From positions 4,152-68,151 of the forward strand of contig CALXOJ010000006.1 in the NCBI GenBank assembly GCA_944390005.1: a stretch of DNA of 64,000 nt, written 5' to 3'. This document shows, piece by piece, positions 38,576 through 49,396 of the stretch. The notes beneath the pieces were generated by a model. It ran no database searches. It had not been told where the DNA came from and was given only the letters and a program-made list of their open reading frames with translations. The stretch's first letter is position 1. Each line of letters starts with the position of its first letter. Origin of the DNA: an uncultured Spirochaetota bacterium. Its GTDB lineage: Bacteria; Spirochaetota; Spirochaetia; JAFGXN01. The translations under genes and the position numbers were made by a program.

Positions 38576-38638
38576 GACACAGGAAGAAGTCTTTCGAAAA
38601 GATATCGGCTTTATCACAAAAATGAAAACGGATACGTT

Positions 38639-38935
38639 TTGTCATTATCTTGGGCTTTCCATATTGTTATAGGAGAAAATAAAATGAAAAAGTGGTTAAT
38701 CATTGGTTTAGCGACAATAGCGATTATTGTTTCCTGCACAAAGAAACCTCTTACCCTTGACGATCAAACTTCAATGAAGACTTTACTCAAGGCGAGTGAT
38801 GAAGAAATAACAGAATTGGTCAAAAAAGAAGCGGAGAAAAATACGGAATTTTCCGGCGAAGATATAAAAGTAGATTATATTCTGCGTGATAAAGAAGGTC
38901 AGTCGATCGTTGTAAAAGTCTCGACGACAAAATAA
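38639..38935 (+). CDS. Small lipoprotein, unknown function
   Basis: Lipobox IVSCTKK. Confidence 0.4.
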   Translation: MSLSWAFHIVIGENKMKKWLIIGLATIAIIVSCTKKPLTLDDQTSMKTLLKASDEEITELVKKEAEKNTEFSGEDIKVDYILRDKEGQSIVVKVSTTK

Positions 38936-39074
38936 TATAAGATCGGCATTCCTCCTTTCTTTCCCCCTCTCCCCGAAGCCCGAAATATTTCCTTGCCAAA
39001 AAACGGTTGATGTGGTATCATTGGCGTAAACTGGGGTTACGATTTCCTTGTAATTGAATGACAGGCAGGTCGCA

Positions 39075-40886
39075 ATGGGAGAAAAAAAACAGCCCGTCTA
39101 TGACGAGAGCAAAATCAAAACGTTGAGTTCCCTGGAACACATCCGGCTGCGTTCGGGAATGTACATCGGCCGTTTGGGGAACGGAAAGGATCCCGACGAC
39201 GGGATTTACGTTTTACTGAAAGAGATTATCGACAACAGCGTCGACGAATTCATCATGGGGCAAGGACGGCGGATTCTTATCAGCCGCGACGGCAGGCGGA
39301 TAAAGGTGCGCGATTTCGGCCGCGGGATTCCGCTCGGCAAGGTGGTGGAATGCGTTTCGGTTATCAACACCGGAGCCAAATACAACGACGACGTTTTTCA
39401 GTTTTCGGTCGGATTAAACGGCGTCGGAACAAAGGCGGTCAACGCGCTGTCGTCGCATTTCCGCGTCGTCGCCGTCCGAGGCGGCAGGGCGGCGGAAGCG
39501 CTCTTTTCCAAAGGGAAGCTTTTAAAAGAACGGCAGATTAAAAAAACGGAAGAAGCTGACGGTACTTATATTGAATTCGAACCGGATGAAGAAATTTTCG
39601 GCGAATACGAATTTGACGATGGATTCATCGAAAAGCGCATTAAAAACTACACTTACCTCAACGCCGGTCTGGAACTCGATTACAACGGTGTAAAATACAT
39701 TTCGAAAAACGGTTTGCTCGATTTACTTCGAGATGATTTGGGCGAAAAAGAGATGTATGATCCGCTTTATTATCGCGGTGAAAAAATCGAATTCGCATTC
39801 ACACACACTCTCAACTACGGTGAAACTTTTTATTCGTTTGTTAACGGACAATACACATCTGACGGCGGGACGCATGAAAGTGCGTTCAAAGAGGGACTCC
39901 TCAAGGGATTAAACGAATTTTACAAGAAGGCTTATTCCGGAATAGATGTTCGAGAAGGAATGGTCGGCGCGGTTTCAATCAAAATCAAAGATCCCGTTTT
40001 TGAAAGCCAAACCAAAAATAAGTTAGGAAACACAAACATCAAAGCGTGGATTGTTCAGGAAGTGAAGGCCGCCGTCATCGATTTTCTCCATAAAAATGAC
40101 AGTACCGCCAAAAAAATTCAGGCGAAAATCGTCAGTAACGAAAATTTACGCAAAGAGCTGAATGCGGTCCGTAAAGAGGCGAAAGAACTGAGTAAAAAAA
40201 CTGCTATCCGCATTCCGTGTCTCAACGACTGCAAATATCACAAAGGCGAAGATAAGGAAAAAGGCGACGGAACGATGATTTTTCTCACGGAAGGGCAGTC
40301 GGCTTCCGGTTCTATGGTAAAAAAACGGAACGTTTATACGCAGGCGATTTTTTCTCTTCGAGGAAAACCTCTCAACGTATTCGGCAAACGAAAAACCGAG
40401 ATTTATAAAAATGAAGAAATTCATAACATCGTAAAGGCTCTCGGAATCGAAAATTCAATTGACGATTTACGCTATGAAAAAGTTGTGTTGGCAACCGATG
40501 CCGATAATGACGGTTTTCATATCCGCAATTTGATATTAACGATTTTTCTCACTTTTTTTGAAGATTTAGTCAAACGCGGACACGTTTACATTCTCGAAAC
40601 GCCGCTTTTTCGCGTACGCAATGCTAAAAACAACAAAGAAACCGCATACTGTTATTCGGAAAAAGAGCGGGATGCGGCCGCTAAAACGGTTAAAAATCCC
40701 GAGGTGACGCGGTTTAAAGGATTGGGAGAAATTTCTCCTGATGAATTCGGGCAGTTTATCGGAGAAGATATCCGTCTGGTGAAGGTGGAGATCAAATCTT
40801 CGCATGATATCAACGAAACACTGGAATTTTATATGGGAAAAAACACTCCGGAGCGTAAATCGTACATTATGGAGAACTTAATCTGA
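39075..40886 (+). CDS. parE: Type IIA topoisomerase B subunit (topoisomerase IV ParE-like)
   Basis: A GHKL ATPase domain, TOPRIM (EGQSASGS; ATDADNDGFHI) and the tail. It is followed by a short A subunit, which suggests topo IV rather than gyrase. Confidence 0.65.
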   Translation: MGEKKQPVYDESKIKTLSSLEHIRLRSGMYIGRLGNGKDPDDGIYVLLKEIIDNSVDEFIMGQGRRILISRDGRRIKVRDFGRGIPLGKVVECVSVINTGAKYNDDVFQFSVGLNGVGTKAVNALSSHFRVVAVRGGRAAEALFSKGKLLKERQIKKTEEADGTYIEFEPDEEIFGEYEFDDGFIEKRIKNYTYLNAGLELDYNGVKYISKNGLLDLLRDDLGEKEMYDPLYYRGEKIEFAFTHTLNYGETFYSFVNGQYTSDGGTHESAFKEGLLKGLNEFYKKAYSGIDVREGMVGAVSIKIKDPVFESQTKNKLGNTNIKAWIVQEVKAAVIDFLHKNDSTAKKIQAKIVSNENLRKELNAVRKEAKELSKKTAIRIPCLNDCKYHKGEDKEKGDGTMIFLTEGQSASGSMVKKRNVYTQAIFSLRGKPLNVFGKRKTEIYKNEEIHNIVKALGIENSIDDLRYEKVVLATDADNDGFHIRNLILTIFLTFFEDLVKRGHVYILETPLFRVRNAKNNKETAYCYSEKERDAAAKTVKNPEVTRFKGLGEISPDEFGQFIGEDIRLVKVEIKSSHDINETLEFYMGKNTPERKSYIMENLI

Positions 40887-42829
40887 TGCCGTTTGTCAAC
40901 GATCTTTACGATAAGAATTTTTTAGAATACGCTTCGTATGTTATCAAAGACCGCGCCATTCCGCATCTGGATGACGGTTTAAAGCCGGTTCAGCGCCGTA
41001 TTTTGCACTCACTGATTGAGATGGACGACGGCCGGTTTCATAAGGTGGCCAACGTTGTCGGTCATACAATGAAGTATCATCCGCACGGAGACGCTTCCAT
41101 TTATTCAGCGTTGGTCGTTTTGGCGAATAAAGATTTGTTCATTGATAAACAGGGAAATTTCGGCAACCTGTTTACAGGCCATGCGGCGTCGGCTGCCCGG
41201 TACATCGAATGCCGCCTGCTCCCGATTGCCAAAAAGTTGCTTTACAGTCCCGAGATCACCGAGTATGAGGAAAGTTATGACGGCCGCAACAAAGAACCGG
41301 TAACATTTCCGTGTAAAATTCCGTTAGTTTTGGTTCAAGGCGCCGAAGGAATTGCTGTCGGAATGACGACGAAAATCCTTCCGCACAATTTGGACGAGGT
41401 GTTGTCAGCGGTTCAGTGCGCGCTGCGGGGGGAACCGTTTCAGCTGTTTCCCGATTTTTTTACCGGCGGTCTGACGGACGTCTCCGATTACCGCGACGGC
41501 AACGGAAAAGTTCTGTGCCGGGCCAAATTCGACATCTCCAAAGACGGCAAAAAAATCATCATCCGGGAGCTTCCGTTCGGGGTGACAACCGAATCGCTGA
41601 CGGAATCGATTGAATCGGCGGCGCGCCGCGGTAAAATCAAAGTGTCGCATATCAACGATTTGACGGCGGAAGAAGTTGCGATTGAAATCACGCTGGCGCG
41701 CGGGGTGCAGGCGGCAGAGGTTCTGGATTCGCTGTATGCATACACCGACTGCGAAATTTCCATTCCTGTCAATTTGCTGGTAATCGAAGACCATCTTCCG
41801 AAGCAGATGACTGTCACGCAGGTTATCAGCCACCACGCCAAACGGTTGACGGCGATTCTGAAAGCGGAACTGGAAAACGACAAACGCAAACTGGAAGACA
41901 AACACCATGCGCGCACCTTGGAACAAATCTTTATCGAAGAGAGGATTTACAAAAAAATTGAGACGGTAAAGACGGCGCAGGGTGTTATCGACGCTGTTTT
42001 GAAAGGGTTGAAACCGTTTGCCGGTATCATCCGTCGTGAAGTCACAACCGAAGACATCGAACGGCTCCTGCGTATTCCAATCCGCCGCATTTCGCTTTAC
42101 GACATCAACAAAGCAAAAGAAGAGATGAAACAGATTGAAAGCGAAATCAAAACCATCAACAAGCATTTGAAAAACATTGTCGGATATGCCGTCGGTTACC
42201 TTGACGAAATCCGAAAAGAATTCCCGGCAATCGCTCTCAAACGCAAAACAGAAATTACTTCGTTTACGCAGGTGGCGGAAAAACAGGCCGCCAAACGCGA
42301 TCAGCCGCTTTTTTACGATGCTGAAACCGGGTATCTCGGGCTTTCCGTCCGATCGGGAAAGGAGCTGTTCCGTGTTTCCGAATTCGATCGCATTCTGATC
42401 ATTCCCAAAGGCGGTTTTTTCAAAGCGGTTAAAGTCTCCGAAAAGCTGTTTGTCGACAAAGGGCTTCAATTTGCCTGCATTGCCGATAAAGAGGAGATCG
42501 AAAAATTGATTTTTACTGCCGTTTATAAAGAAAAACAGAGCGGAAACATTTGCCTCAAACGGTTCCGAATCGAGAAATTTATCACCGATAAAGCCTATCC
42601 GTTCATTCCCGAAGGATCTTCGCTTTTGAAGCTAACAACCAAGACCGATGTTGCCGTTAATATAGTGTACGAACCGTCCGCGCGCATCAAAATTTTAGAG
42701 GAGAGTTTTCCCGTTTCCGATTACCTTGTAAAAGGATGGAAAGCAGCGGGTGTGCGTTTGACAACAAAAAAGATTAAAACTCTGAAATGGGAAAAGCTCC
42801 GAATCGAAAAAAATAAAGGAAAAAATTGA
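40886..42829 (+). CDS. parC: Type IIA topoisomerase A subunit, short form lacking most of the C-terminal beta-pinwheel (ParC-like)
   Basis: It has the winged-helix/tower domains and catalytic-Tyr region (HPHGDASIY...). At 647 aa it has no GyrA-box. Its start overlaps the parE stop (TGATG). Confidence 0.6.
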   Translation: MPFVNDLYDKNFLEYASYVIKDRAIPHLDDGLKPVQRRILHSLIEMDDGRFHKVANVVGHTMKYHPHGDASIYSALVVLANKDLFIDKQGNFGNLFTGHAASAARYIECRLLPIAKKLLYSPEITEYEESYDGRNKEPVTFPCKIPLVLVQGAEGIAVGMTTKILPHNLDEVLSAVQCALRGEPFQLFPDFFTGGLTDVSDYRDGNGKVLCRAKFDISKDGKKIIIRELPFGVTTESLTESIESAARRGKIKVSHINDLTAEEVAIEITLARGVQAAEVLDSLYAYTDCEISIPVNLLVIEDHLPKQMTVTQVISHHAKRLTAILKAELENDKRKLEDKHHARTLEQIFIEERIYKKIETVKTAQGVIDAVLKGLKPFAGIIRREVTTEDIERLLRIPIRRISLYDINKAKEEMKQIESEIKTINKHLKNIVGYAVGYLDEIRKEFPAIALKRKTEITSFTQVAEKQAAKRDQPLFYDAETGYLGLSVRSGKELFRVSEFDRILIIPKGGFFKAVKVSEKLFVDKGLQFACIADKEEIEKLIFTAVYKEKQSGNICLKRFRIEKFITDKAYPFIPEGSSLLKLTTKTDVAVNIVYEPSARIKILEESFPVSDYLVKGWKAAGVRLTTKKIKTLKWEKLRIEKNKGKN

Positions 42830-44724
42830 TGAACGCCAATCAAATTTACGAACAAATCAAACAAATTGCATTTGAAAAAGGCAGCAACTCAATTAATTAT
42901 TCGAATTTAATGACATTGTGCCGCAATAGCACTATTGCTTCCGGTCACAGTTGGGATTCGACAACATTTTCGGCCGCTTTGGTCAAATTGCAGGCAGAAG
43001 ATAAAATTAAGCTGGAACGGTTTAATCAAACCGGTGAAATTGTCAAAGTGGTCTGCGTCCATTATTTCGAAGAAAAACTGAAGAAAATTTACGCTGATAT
43101 GGAAGAGAACAATTCGATTCCGTTTCCTGCGCCCGATGTGTTCGGAGTGCCGTGCCCGGCGAGTTTAATTCAAAAAATCGACGTCAAAACCGAATTTGTG
43201 CGTTTACTGGAGGGCAATTTGGCTGTCACTCGGCCGATTCTGCAGCTTCAATTTAAAGAATTCGATCATCCGATTCTTGTTTTTAAGGATATGCTTGAAT
43301 ATGAATTATTGAAGTTTTGTGTCGAAAAAATTCAGTATTTCTTTAAAAATGAAAATAATTACGAATATATGAATTCCAAACTGAATGCGGCTTTGGTGAA
43401 TGAACAAAGCGGCGTGGCATTGATGCTGTCGATGATTGTCAAAAAACCGGCAGAAGCCGTTGAATCTCTTCGGAAAACCAATTCGTTTACATTCAAATTT
43501 TGGACAGTTTTAGCCGGAACTATTGTAAAGGAATTCGGAGCGCGCCACGCCACCGGAGTCACCGATTTTGTTTTTGCGCAGGCGGCTTTTCTTCTCGGAT
43601 ACTACACTGTGTACTGCAAAGGATGCTTTCAGAAAGAAACCGCCATTGAAGTATGCCGGATCGATTTAATGAAGGCTCTGACCAAATCGCCGTATCTGTT
43701 TACGGTTGCTCAAATCATGGAATTCAAAGATTCAAAGGAGAATCTTCTTTATAAAAAAGTCGGTCGGGAAACGTATGAGTCGTTTATTCGTGAACTGCTG
43801 ACAAGTGACGATAAAAATCCGCCGCGTTTAATGACGGTTAAAAATGCGCACCGGCAGGAAGTTTTCATTTTATATAATGCGATTCCGTTTTATTTGGAAG
43901 AAAATTTAAAAATTATCCGCAAGGATATGTATGAAACATTACGCCGGAAGTGGATCAACGACTTAGATCACTGCGAATGGCTGCCGGAAATGGACGACGA
44001 TAAAGTCTTCGAAAATCTGATGAAAAAATATTTAATTGATCATTACGCCGACTTTTACGCGCTTTTGAATTACAATTTGCTGTCGCAGGTTCAAAAATTT
44101 CCCGGAATGGGTGATAAGCAAAAGGCGATCATTATGCTTTATCTTGATGAAATCAATCATCAGATATTACCGTTATCGCGTTTATTCAATATTACCAGAA
44201 AGGGTTTGTTTTCCGATGCGCGGGTGATGGTTTCCGTTTGGAAGAGCAACAAAATTCTGCGTGTGTTTGCTCTGTTTTTTAAACAGTTGTTTATGACCGG
44301 TGCGGCGCGCAAAGCGATGAAAGAAGACCGCAAACGGAAAAGGAATAAAAATCAAAAGGAATTTCAAAAAATTTCTGATACCGGCGCGCTGAATGAATCG
44401 ATTTCTTTATTAAAAGAACACTTTTTGGCGCCGGGAATGACAGTTGAAGCCGAGTTGGAAAATTTAATCGATCGGTGGAATCCGCTGATTGATGCGGTAG
44501 CCAAACGAAATTTGGTCGAGGATGTCAATTCGTTTATTCGTGACTATGTACGGAAACTGAAACGGAGTTTTATTACTAATCCGCCGAACAGAGAACGCGT
44601 TGAAAACATTGCCGAGAGCTTGAGCAACACGCAGGCGTTTGATGCTATCAAGGAAAAAGAAGCGCTCCGTCAATACATGGCGCTTTACATCATCAAACTG
44701 CTGAGTGAAATTCGGGTTATGTAG
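42826..44724 (+). CDS. Hypothetical 632-aa soluble helical protein, translationally coupled to parC
   Basis: An ATGA overlap with the parC stop. No recognisable motifs. There is a Lys/Arg-rich patch (KAMKEDRKRKRNKNQKEFQK). Confidence 0.5.
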   Translation: MMNANQIYEQIKQIAFEKGSNSINYSNLMTLCRNSTIASGHSWDSTTFSAALVKLQAEDKIKLERFNQTGEIVKVVCVHYFEEKLKKIYADMEENNSIPFPAPDVFGVPCPASLIQKIDVKTEFVRLLEGNLAVTRPILQLQFKEFDHPILVFKDMLEYELLKFCVEKIQYFFKNENNYEYMNSKLNAALVNEQSGVALMLSMIVKKPAEAVESLRKTNSFTFKFWTVLAGTIVKEFGARHATGVTDFVFAQAAFLLGYYTVYCKGCFQKETAIEVCRIDLMKALTKSPYLFTVAQIMEFKDSKENLLYKKVGRETYESFIRELLTSDDKNPPRLMTVKNAHRQEVFILYNAIPFYLEENLKIIRKDMYETLRRKWINDLDHCEWLPEMDDDKVFENLMKKYLIDHYADFYALLNYNLLSQVQKFPGMGDKQKAIIMLYLDEINHQILPLSRLFNITRKGLFSDARVMVSVWKSNKILRVFALFFKQLFMTGAARKAMKEDRKRKRNKNQKEFQKISDTGALNESISLLKEHFLAPGMTVEAELENLIDRWNPLIDAVAKRNLVEDVNSFIRDYVRKLKRSFITNPPNRERVENIAESLSNTQAFDAIKEKEALRQYMALYIIKLLSEIRVM

Positions 44725-45190
44725 CCGAATCATCCGAAGAGGTTTGATAGGCTTCCAATTCTTTTTGAAATGCTTTCAATTCTCTGATTAACCGGTCGCG
44801 AATTTCGTAAATTTGCGGTGCGGCTTTGACTTTACGGAGCGAGCGTTGATCGGCGACAGGATCGATTTTCCCTAATTCGGTTATCAGGGCACTGCATTCC
44901 AAAAGAAAATCTGCCGCCGTTAAAGGCGATTCGTCGTTTAAAAGCATGCTGCTCAAAATCGGTAAAACTTCGGCCTGCCGGAACAGCGTTTCATACTCCG
45001 GAACGGAGGGCTTCAAACGCGTTCGGTCGGGAAGTTCGGCGGCAACGGATTCGGGAACAACGATGAACCTCCAGTCAGAGCTGTAAACGAGAGCATCGTA
45101 TTGCATGGCGCCATCGGTGTATTCCGGAAATGTCCGGCAGGCAGCCGTCAAAGTCAGAACGGCGGCGAAAACGGCTGCGGATTTTTTCAT
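44717..45190 (-). CDS. Hypothetical lipoprotein
   Basis: Lipobox LTAACRT and no domain match. Confidence 0.4.
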   Translation of the reverse strand: MKKSAAVFAAVLTLTAACRTFPEYTDGAMQYDALVYSSDWRFIVVPESVAAELPDRTRLKPSVPEYETLFRQAEVLPILSSMLLNDESPLTAADFLLECSALITELGKIDPVADQRSLRKVKAAPQIYEIRDRLIRELKAFQKELEAYQTSSDDSAT

Positions 45191-46128
45191 TTGTTCGTCT
45201 CCTCAAAAAACGCGACGGTTTCATTGACCAGCCGTTCGCGCAGGGTATCATACATAAACAGGCAGTGATGAGTGTAGTCGAATTCTCCGGAATCAATAAT
45301 GCGGCAGGTGATTTCTTTTGTTCCCAATCGGGAAGCAATGTAAAAAAGATTGGCAAACGGGACCGTTCGGTCTTTTTTTGAGTGCATCATCAGAATGGGG
45401 ACGGTTACTTTATCCAAATGCCGTTCAATCAGTTTTAAATTCATATAGAAACTGTACGTCTGTCGTGGAAAAACGCCGTTGTAGCCGCGCCACTCTTCAT
45501 CTCCGTTGGTGCCTCCCTGCGGTTTTCCATTATTGATGCCGGCGCCGATTTTTTTGACGAACGGTATCAGAAATCGAATAATATACAGTCCCGGTTGACG
45601 CATAACCCCCAATCGGATTTTGTTGAGAAAAACCGGCGCGGCCGCCGTAACGATTTTGTCGGGGGCTTTATCGGTGTTCGAATACCGTTCAGCGAGTTTT
45701 AAAACCAAACTGCCGCCCATAGAGGTTCCGTTGAGAAAGAGTTTCGGATAAGCGGCGCGTTTTTCTTCGTAAAAACGGCAGAGATAATCAAACCACTGCG
45801 AAAAATTTGTTTTAACAAATTCATCGGGAGAGGTTCCGAATCCCGGCAGCAGCGGGATGAAAACGTCGTATCCGGCTTGAAAATAAAGCTGTCCCGCTTT
45901 GGCATAAGCGGAGGGGGATGACGGAAATCCGTGAACTAAAATAACAGCCTTTTTGTTTCCCGGAGTTGTCAAGGAAACGGGACGGGTTTTTTCGTCAAAA
46001 CAGTTTTTCGGGTTCGGATCGATCGGAGCGGCTTTTTCGCGAAAAAAAAGCAGCGAATTGGCGTACAGTCCGAGAAGGACGATCAACACACAGGCACAGG
46101 CGATAATCGACAGAACGATTAAAATCAT
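45187..46128 (-). CDS. Alpha/beta-hydrolase fold esterase/lipase, membrane-anchored
   Basis: HGFPSSP and the nucleophile elbow GTSMGGS (GxSxG). It has an N-terminal TM helix. Confidence 0.6.
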   Translation of the reverse strand: MILIVLSIIACACVLIVLLGLYANSLLFFREKAAPIDPNPKNCFDEKTRPVSLTTPGNKKAVILVHGFPSSPSAYAKAGQLYFQAGYDVFIPLLPGFGTSPDEFVKTNFSQWFDYLCRFYEEKRAAYPKLFLNGTSMGGSLVLKLAERYSNTDKAPDKIVTAAAPVFLNKIRLGVMRQPGLYIIRFLIPFVKKIGAGINNGKPQGGTNGDEEWRGYNGVFPRQTYSFYMNLKLIERHLDKVTVPILMMHSKKDRTVPFANLFYIASRLGTKEITCRIIDSGEFDYTHHCLFMYDTLRERLVNETVAFFEETNK

Positions 46129-46248
46129 AATCCATTATAATCCGAAAAACTGTAAAACGCAACCTTTTTTATTCCGGGCAGGCAGACAGTCCTGATTATT
46201 CGGAGAAAAGACTTCAAAAAAAGCATTCAGTTTGTTATAATATCAACC

Positions 46249-47532
46249 ATGAGCGAGTATCAAAATGAACGGGATTATCTTTCAGATTTGAAAGACCGGG
46301 CGGTTTTGCCTTCCGGATTCCGAGTGGCGGCGGTGCCGATCTCTTTTTTTCCGACTGAGAGAGCTGTTTCGGATCCTCTGAAGATGAATTTGAGTCTGAT
46401 TGCGCTGGATAAACCGACAGAGTCGTTTGCTGCTGTTTTTACGCGCAATGCGTTTCCCGGAGCGCCGGTGAAAATCGGCAGACGGCGGTTGTCCGAAGCA
46501 AAAGCGGTTTCCGGCGTATTAATTAATAATAAAATTTCCAATGTCTGCGCGGAAGGCGGAGAAGAAGATGCTGAAGAGATTTTGTCCGTTTTGGGAAAAT
46601 CGCTTGGCGTTCCTCGGGAGTCATTGTTTCCGGCATCGACCGGCATCATCGGCTGGCGGCTGCCGAAAAAGGAGATGAAAGAGGCCATTCCGGAGCTGAC
46701 GGCTGCGCTTGACTCGGGAACGCTGCCTGAATTGGCTCGTGCGATCATGACAACCGACGCCTTTCCGAAAATTCGTTCGGCTGCGGTCGGCAGCGGAGTT
46801 GTGACGGCGGTTGCAAAGGGCGCCGGAATGATTGAACCGAATATGGCGACGATGCTCTGTTTTATTATGACCGACATCACCGTCAGCCGAGATGATTTCC
46901 GACGTGCCTTAAACGCGGCTGTCGATGCCGGATTCAATTCGATTTCCGTTGACGGTGATCAAAGCACCAGTGATACGGTTTTGGCGTTTTCGTCGTGTCA
47001 AAAAGACGGCGTGCCGTATGAAAGCTTTGCCAACGCGTTGAAAAGCGTCTGTGTTCAATTAGCCGAAGACATTGTCCGCAACGGAGAAGGTGTGCATCAC
47101 GTGATAAAAGTGAAAATCAGCGGAGCGCTCGACGATGCAGAAGCCAAACGCGCCGGAAAGGCGATTGTGAATTCTCCGTTGGTTAAAACGGCGGTTTTTG
47201 GGAACGACCCCAACGTCGGGCGGTTGATTTCAGCGTTGGGAGACGATTTCGGCAATCACGGCGCATTGCCGGATCCTGAAAAGGTGACAGTCAGCCTTGG
47301 AGGTCGGACGGTTTTCCGCAGAGGATCGTTTGTTCTGGATGAAGAGTGCGAACGTTTTCTGTCGCAGTATCTGAAATTACGGCAAATCAATCCGGGGGAA
47401 AAGCGTTATCCGGAACATGAAAATTGTGTGGAAATAGAAATTTCTCTCGGAGATGGCGATGGCCGCGCGGTCGTTGTTGGAGCCGATTTGACTTACGATT
47501 ATGTAAAGGAGAATGCCGATTATCGGTCGTAG
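46249..47532 (+). CDS. argJ: Bifunctional glutamate N-acetyltransferase / amino-acid acetyltransferase
   Basis: It has the ArgJ autoprocessing site (KGAGMIEPNMATMLCFIMTD) and is of ArgJ length. Confidence 0.7.
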   Translation: MSEYQNERDYLSDLKDRAVLPSGFRVAAVPISFFPTERAVSDPLKMNLSLIALDKPTESFAAVFTRNAFPGAPVKIGRRRLSEAKAVSGVLINNKISNVCAEGGEEDAEEILSVLGKSLGVPRESLFPASTGIIGWRLPKKEMKEAIPELTAALDSGTLPELARAIMTTDAFPKIRSAAVGSGVVTAVAKGAGMIEPNMATMLCFIMTDITVSRDDFRRALNAAVDAGFNSISVDGDQSTSDTVLAFSSCQKDGVPYESFANALKSVCVQLAEDIVRNGEGVHHVIKVKISGALDDAEAKRAGKAIVNSPLVKTAVFGNDPNVGRLISALGDDFGNHGALPDPEKVTVSLGGRTVFRRGSFVLDEECERFLSQYLKLRQINPGEKRYPEHENCVEIEISLGDGDGRAVVVGADLTYDYVKENADYRS

Positions 47533-47537
47533 AAGTT

Positions 47538-48518
47538 ATGAATATAAGCGAGACTGAAAAGCAAATTGAAGCGGCAAAGCAAAAAATAGATACCGTTGTT
47601 GAAGAAATTCAAAAGACAGTGGTCGGTCAGGATGCAATGATCCGCGGACTGTTGACGGGAATCATCGCCGGCGGTCATATTTTAATTGAAGGCGTTCCCG
47701 GTTTAGCTAAAACTTTAGCGGTCAAAACGCTGGCGGAGGTCATCGACTGCGGATTCAAACGGATTCAGTTTACGCCGGATTTGCTCCCTGCCGACATTAT
47801 CGGAACCATGATTTACAAACAGCAAACGGGAGAATTTATTGCCCGCCGCGGACCGATTTTTTCGAATATTGTTTTGGCGGATGAAGTGAACCGTGCGCCG
47901 GCGAAGGTTCAATCGGCTTTGTTGGAGGCGATGGAAGAGCGGCAGATTACACTCGGCGACGAGACATATCCGCTGCCGAATCCGTTTTTCGTTTTGGCGA
48001 CACAAAACCCGATTGAGCAGGACGGAACCTATCCATTGCCGGAAGCGCAAACCGATCGATTTTTAATGAAACTGAAAGTCGGTTACCCGTCTCCAAAAGA
48101 AGAACTGATGATTTTAAGGCGGATGGGAAAACGGGAAGTTCGAAAAGTGCAAAAAATTCTAACGCCGCAGGAGATTGAAAAATTGAGGACAGCGGCCGAC
48201 GCTGTTTTGGTAGACGAAAAAATTGAAGATTACATTGTCAGACTGATTGCGGCGACTCGGGAAACCAATGCGTTTGAAAAAGAGTACGTCAAATACATCG
48301 AATACGGAGCTTCTCCGCGGGCGACTTTGGCGCTTTACCGTTGTGCCAAAGTCAGCGCTTTGGCAGAGGGGCGGGTTTTTGTTATCCCCGACGATATTAA
48401 AGCCGTCATTTACGATGTTTTGCGCCACCGCATCGTGCCTTCATACGAGGCCGATTCCGAAGAAAAAACAGCAGACGACATCATTTCCATGGTACTGAAA
48501 GAGGTTAAAGTTCCTTAA
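47538..48518 (+). CDS. moxR: MoxR-family AAA+ ATPase
   Basis: Walker A (GVPGLAKT) and Walker B (VLADEVNRA), with MoxR-specific blocks. The start was set at MNISE, so the ORF-track extension into argJ was rejected. Confidence 0.8.
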   Translation: MNISETEKQIEAAKQKIDTVVEEIQKTVVGQDAMIRGLLTGIIAGGHILIEGVPGLAKTLAVKTLAEVIDCGFKRIQFTPDLLPADIIGTMIYKQQTGEFIARRGPIFSNIVLADEVNRAPAKVQSALLEAMEERQITLGDETYPLPNPFFVLATQNPIEQDGTYPLPEAQTDRFLMKLKVGYPSPKEELMILRRMGKREVRKVQKILTPQEIEKLRTAADAVLVDEKIEDYIVRLIAATRETNAFEKEYVKYIEYGASPRATLALYRCAKVSALAEGRVFVIPDDIKAVIYDVLRHRIVPSYEADSEEKTADDIISMVLKEVKVP

Positions 48519-48520
48519 CG

Positions 48521-49396
48521 ATGCGGAACCTCTACCGATACGGAAAACGGATTAAAAATCTTTCGCTTTTTTCGAAAAAGGTAACCGAAGGCGTTCTTTC
48601 CGGAAATTACCGTTCCGCATTTAGAGGCGGCGGTTTGGAATTTGACGAAGTACGCGAATACGTTCCCGGTGATGATGTCCGTTCCATCGATTGGAATGTC
48701 ACCTCTCGGATGGCGGATACCTATTCCAAAATTTTTAAAGAAGAACGGGAACTGAATGTTTATTTTCTGATCGACGTTTCACTGTCTATCGATTCGGGGG
48801 TAGGGACGCGCAGCCGCCGGGAAACGGCTGCCGGTATTGTTGCGCTGTTGGCTTCAACCGCAGTCAGAAATAACGACCGCGTCGGCGCTGTTTTTTTTTC
48901 CGACCACGTAGAAAAACAAATTCCGGCTATGCGCGGACGCAACAGTGTCCCGCATCTCGTTAATGACTTGCTGAATTTAAAAGCGGACGGTCGCGGTTCC
49001 GATTTGAGCTGTGCTGTTCGAACAGCGTACAAAGCGATGAAACGCAAAGGATTGGTTTTCATTATCTCCGACTTTAAATATCAAACCGGTTGGAAAGAGT
49101 TGTCGCTGCTTTCAAGAAAACATGACGTGATTGCCGTCCGACTGAGCAATCCTGCCGATTACCTGATTCCCTGTGTGGGAACCGTCGAGTACAAAGACAT
49201 TGAAAACGGGAAATCGGTTGTGATCGGCAACTTAAACCGGCGAATCCGAAAAGAATACGAAAAATTCTGGCAGGATTGGTTTTATTTTTGGGAAGAAATT
49301 TGTACGCGGCGGAAAATCCGTACCGTAACGGTTTCAACTGAAGATGATCCTTTGATAAAGCTGCTGAGCGCCTTCAAGGAGAATGGAAAGAGGTGA
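48521..49396 (+). CDS. DUF58 (vWA-like) protein, MoxR partner
   Basis: A typical DUF58 family position and length, with a vWA-like fold and YFLIDVSLSIDSG. Confidence 0.65.
   Translation: MRNLYRYGKRIKNLSLFSKKVTEGVLSGNYRSAFRGGGLEFDEVREYVPGDDVRSIDWNVTSRMADTYSKIFKEERELNVYFLIDVSLSIDSGVGTRSRRETAAGIVALLASTAVRNNDRVGAVFFSDHVEKQIPAMRGRNSVPHLVNDLLNLKADGRGSDLSCAVRTAYKAMKRKGLVFIISDFKYQTGWKELSLLSRKHDVIAVRLSNPADYLIPCVGTVEYKDIENGKSVVIGNLNRRIRKEYEKFWQDWFYFWEEICTRRKIRTVTVSTEDDPLIKLLSAFKENGKR

Noticed and set aside
41405-42469. A 354-aa minus-strand ORF
   Set aside because: It is an antisense shadow of parC, whose coding sequence has strong topoisomerase IIA homology across this span.
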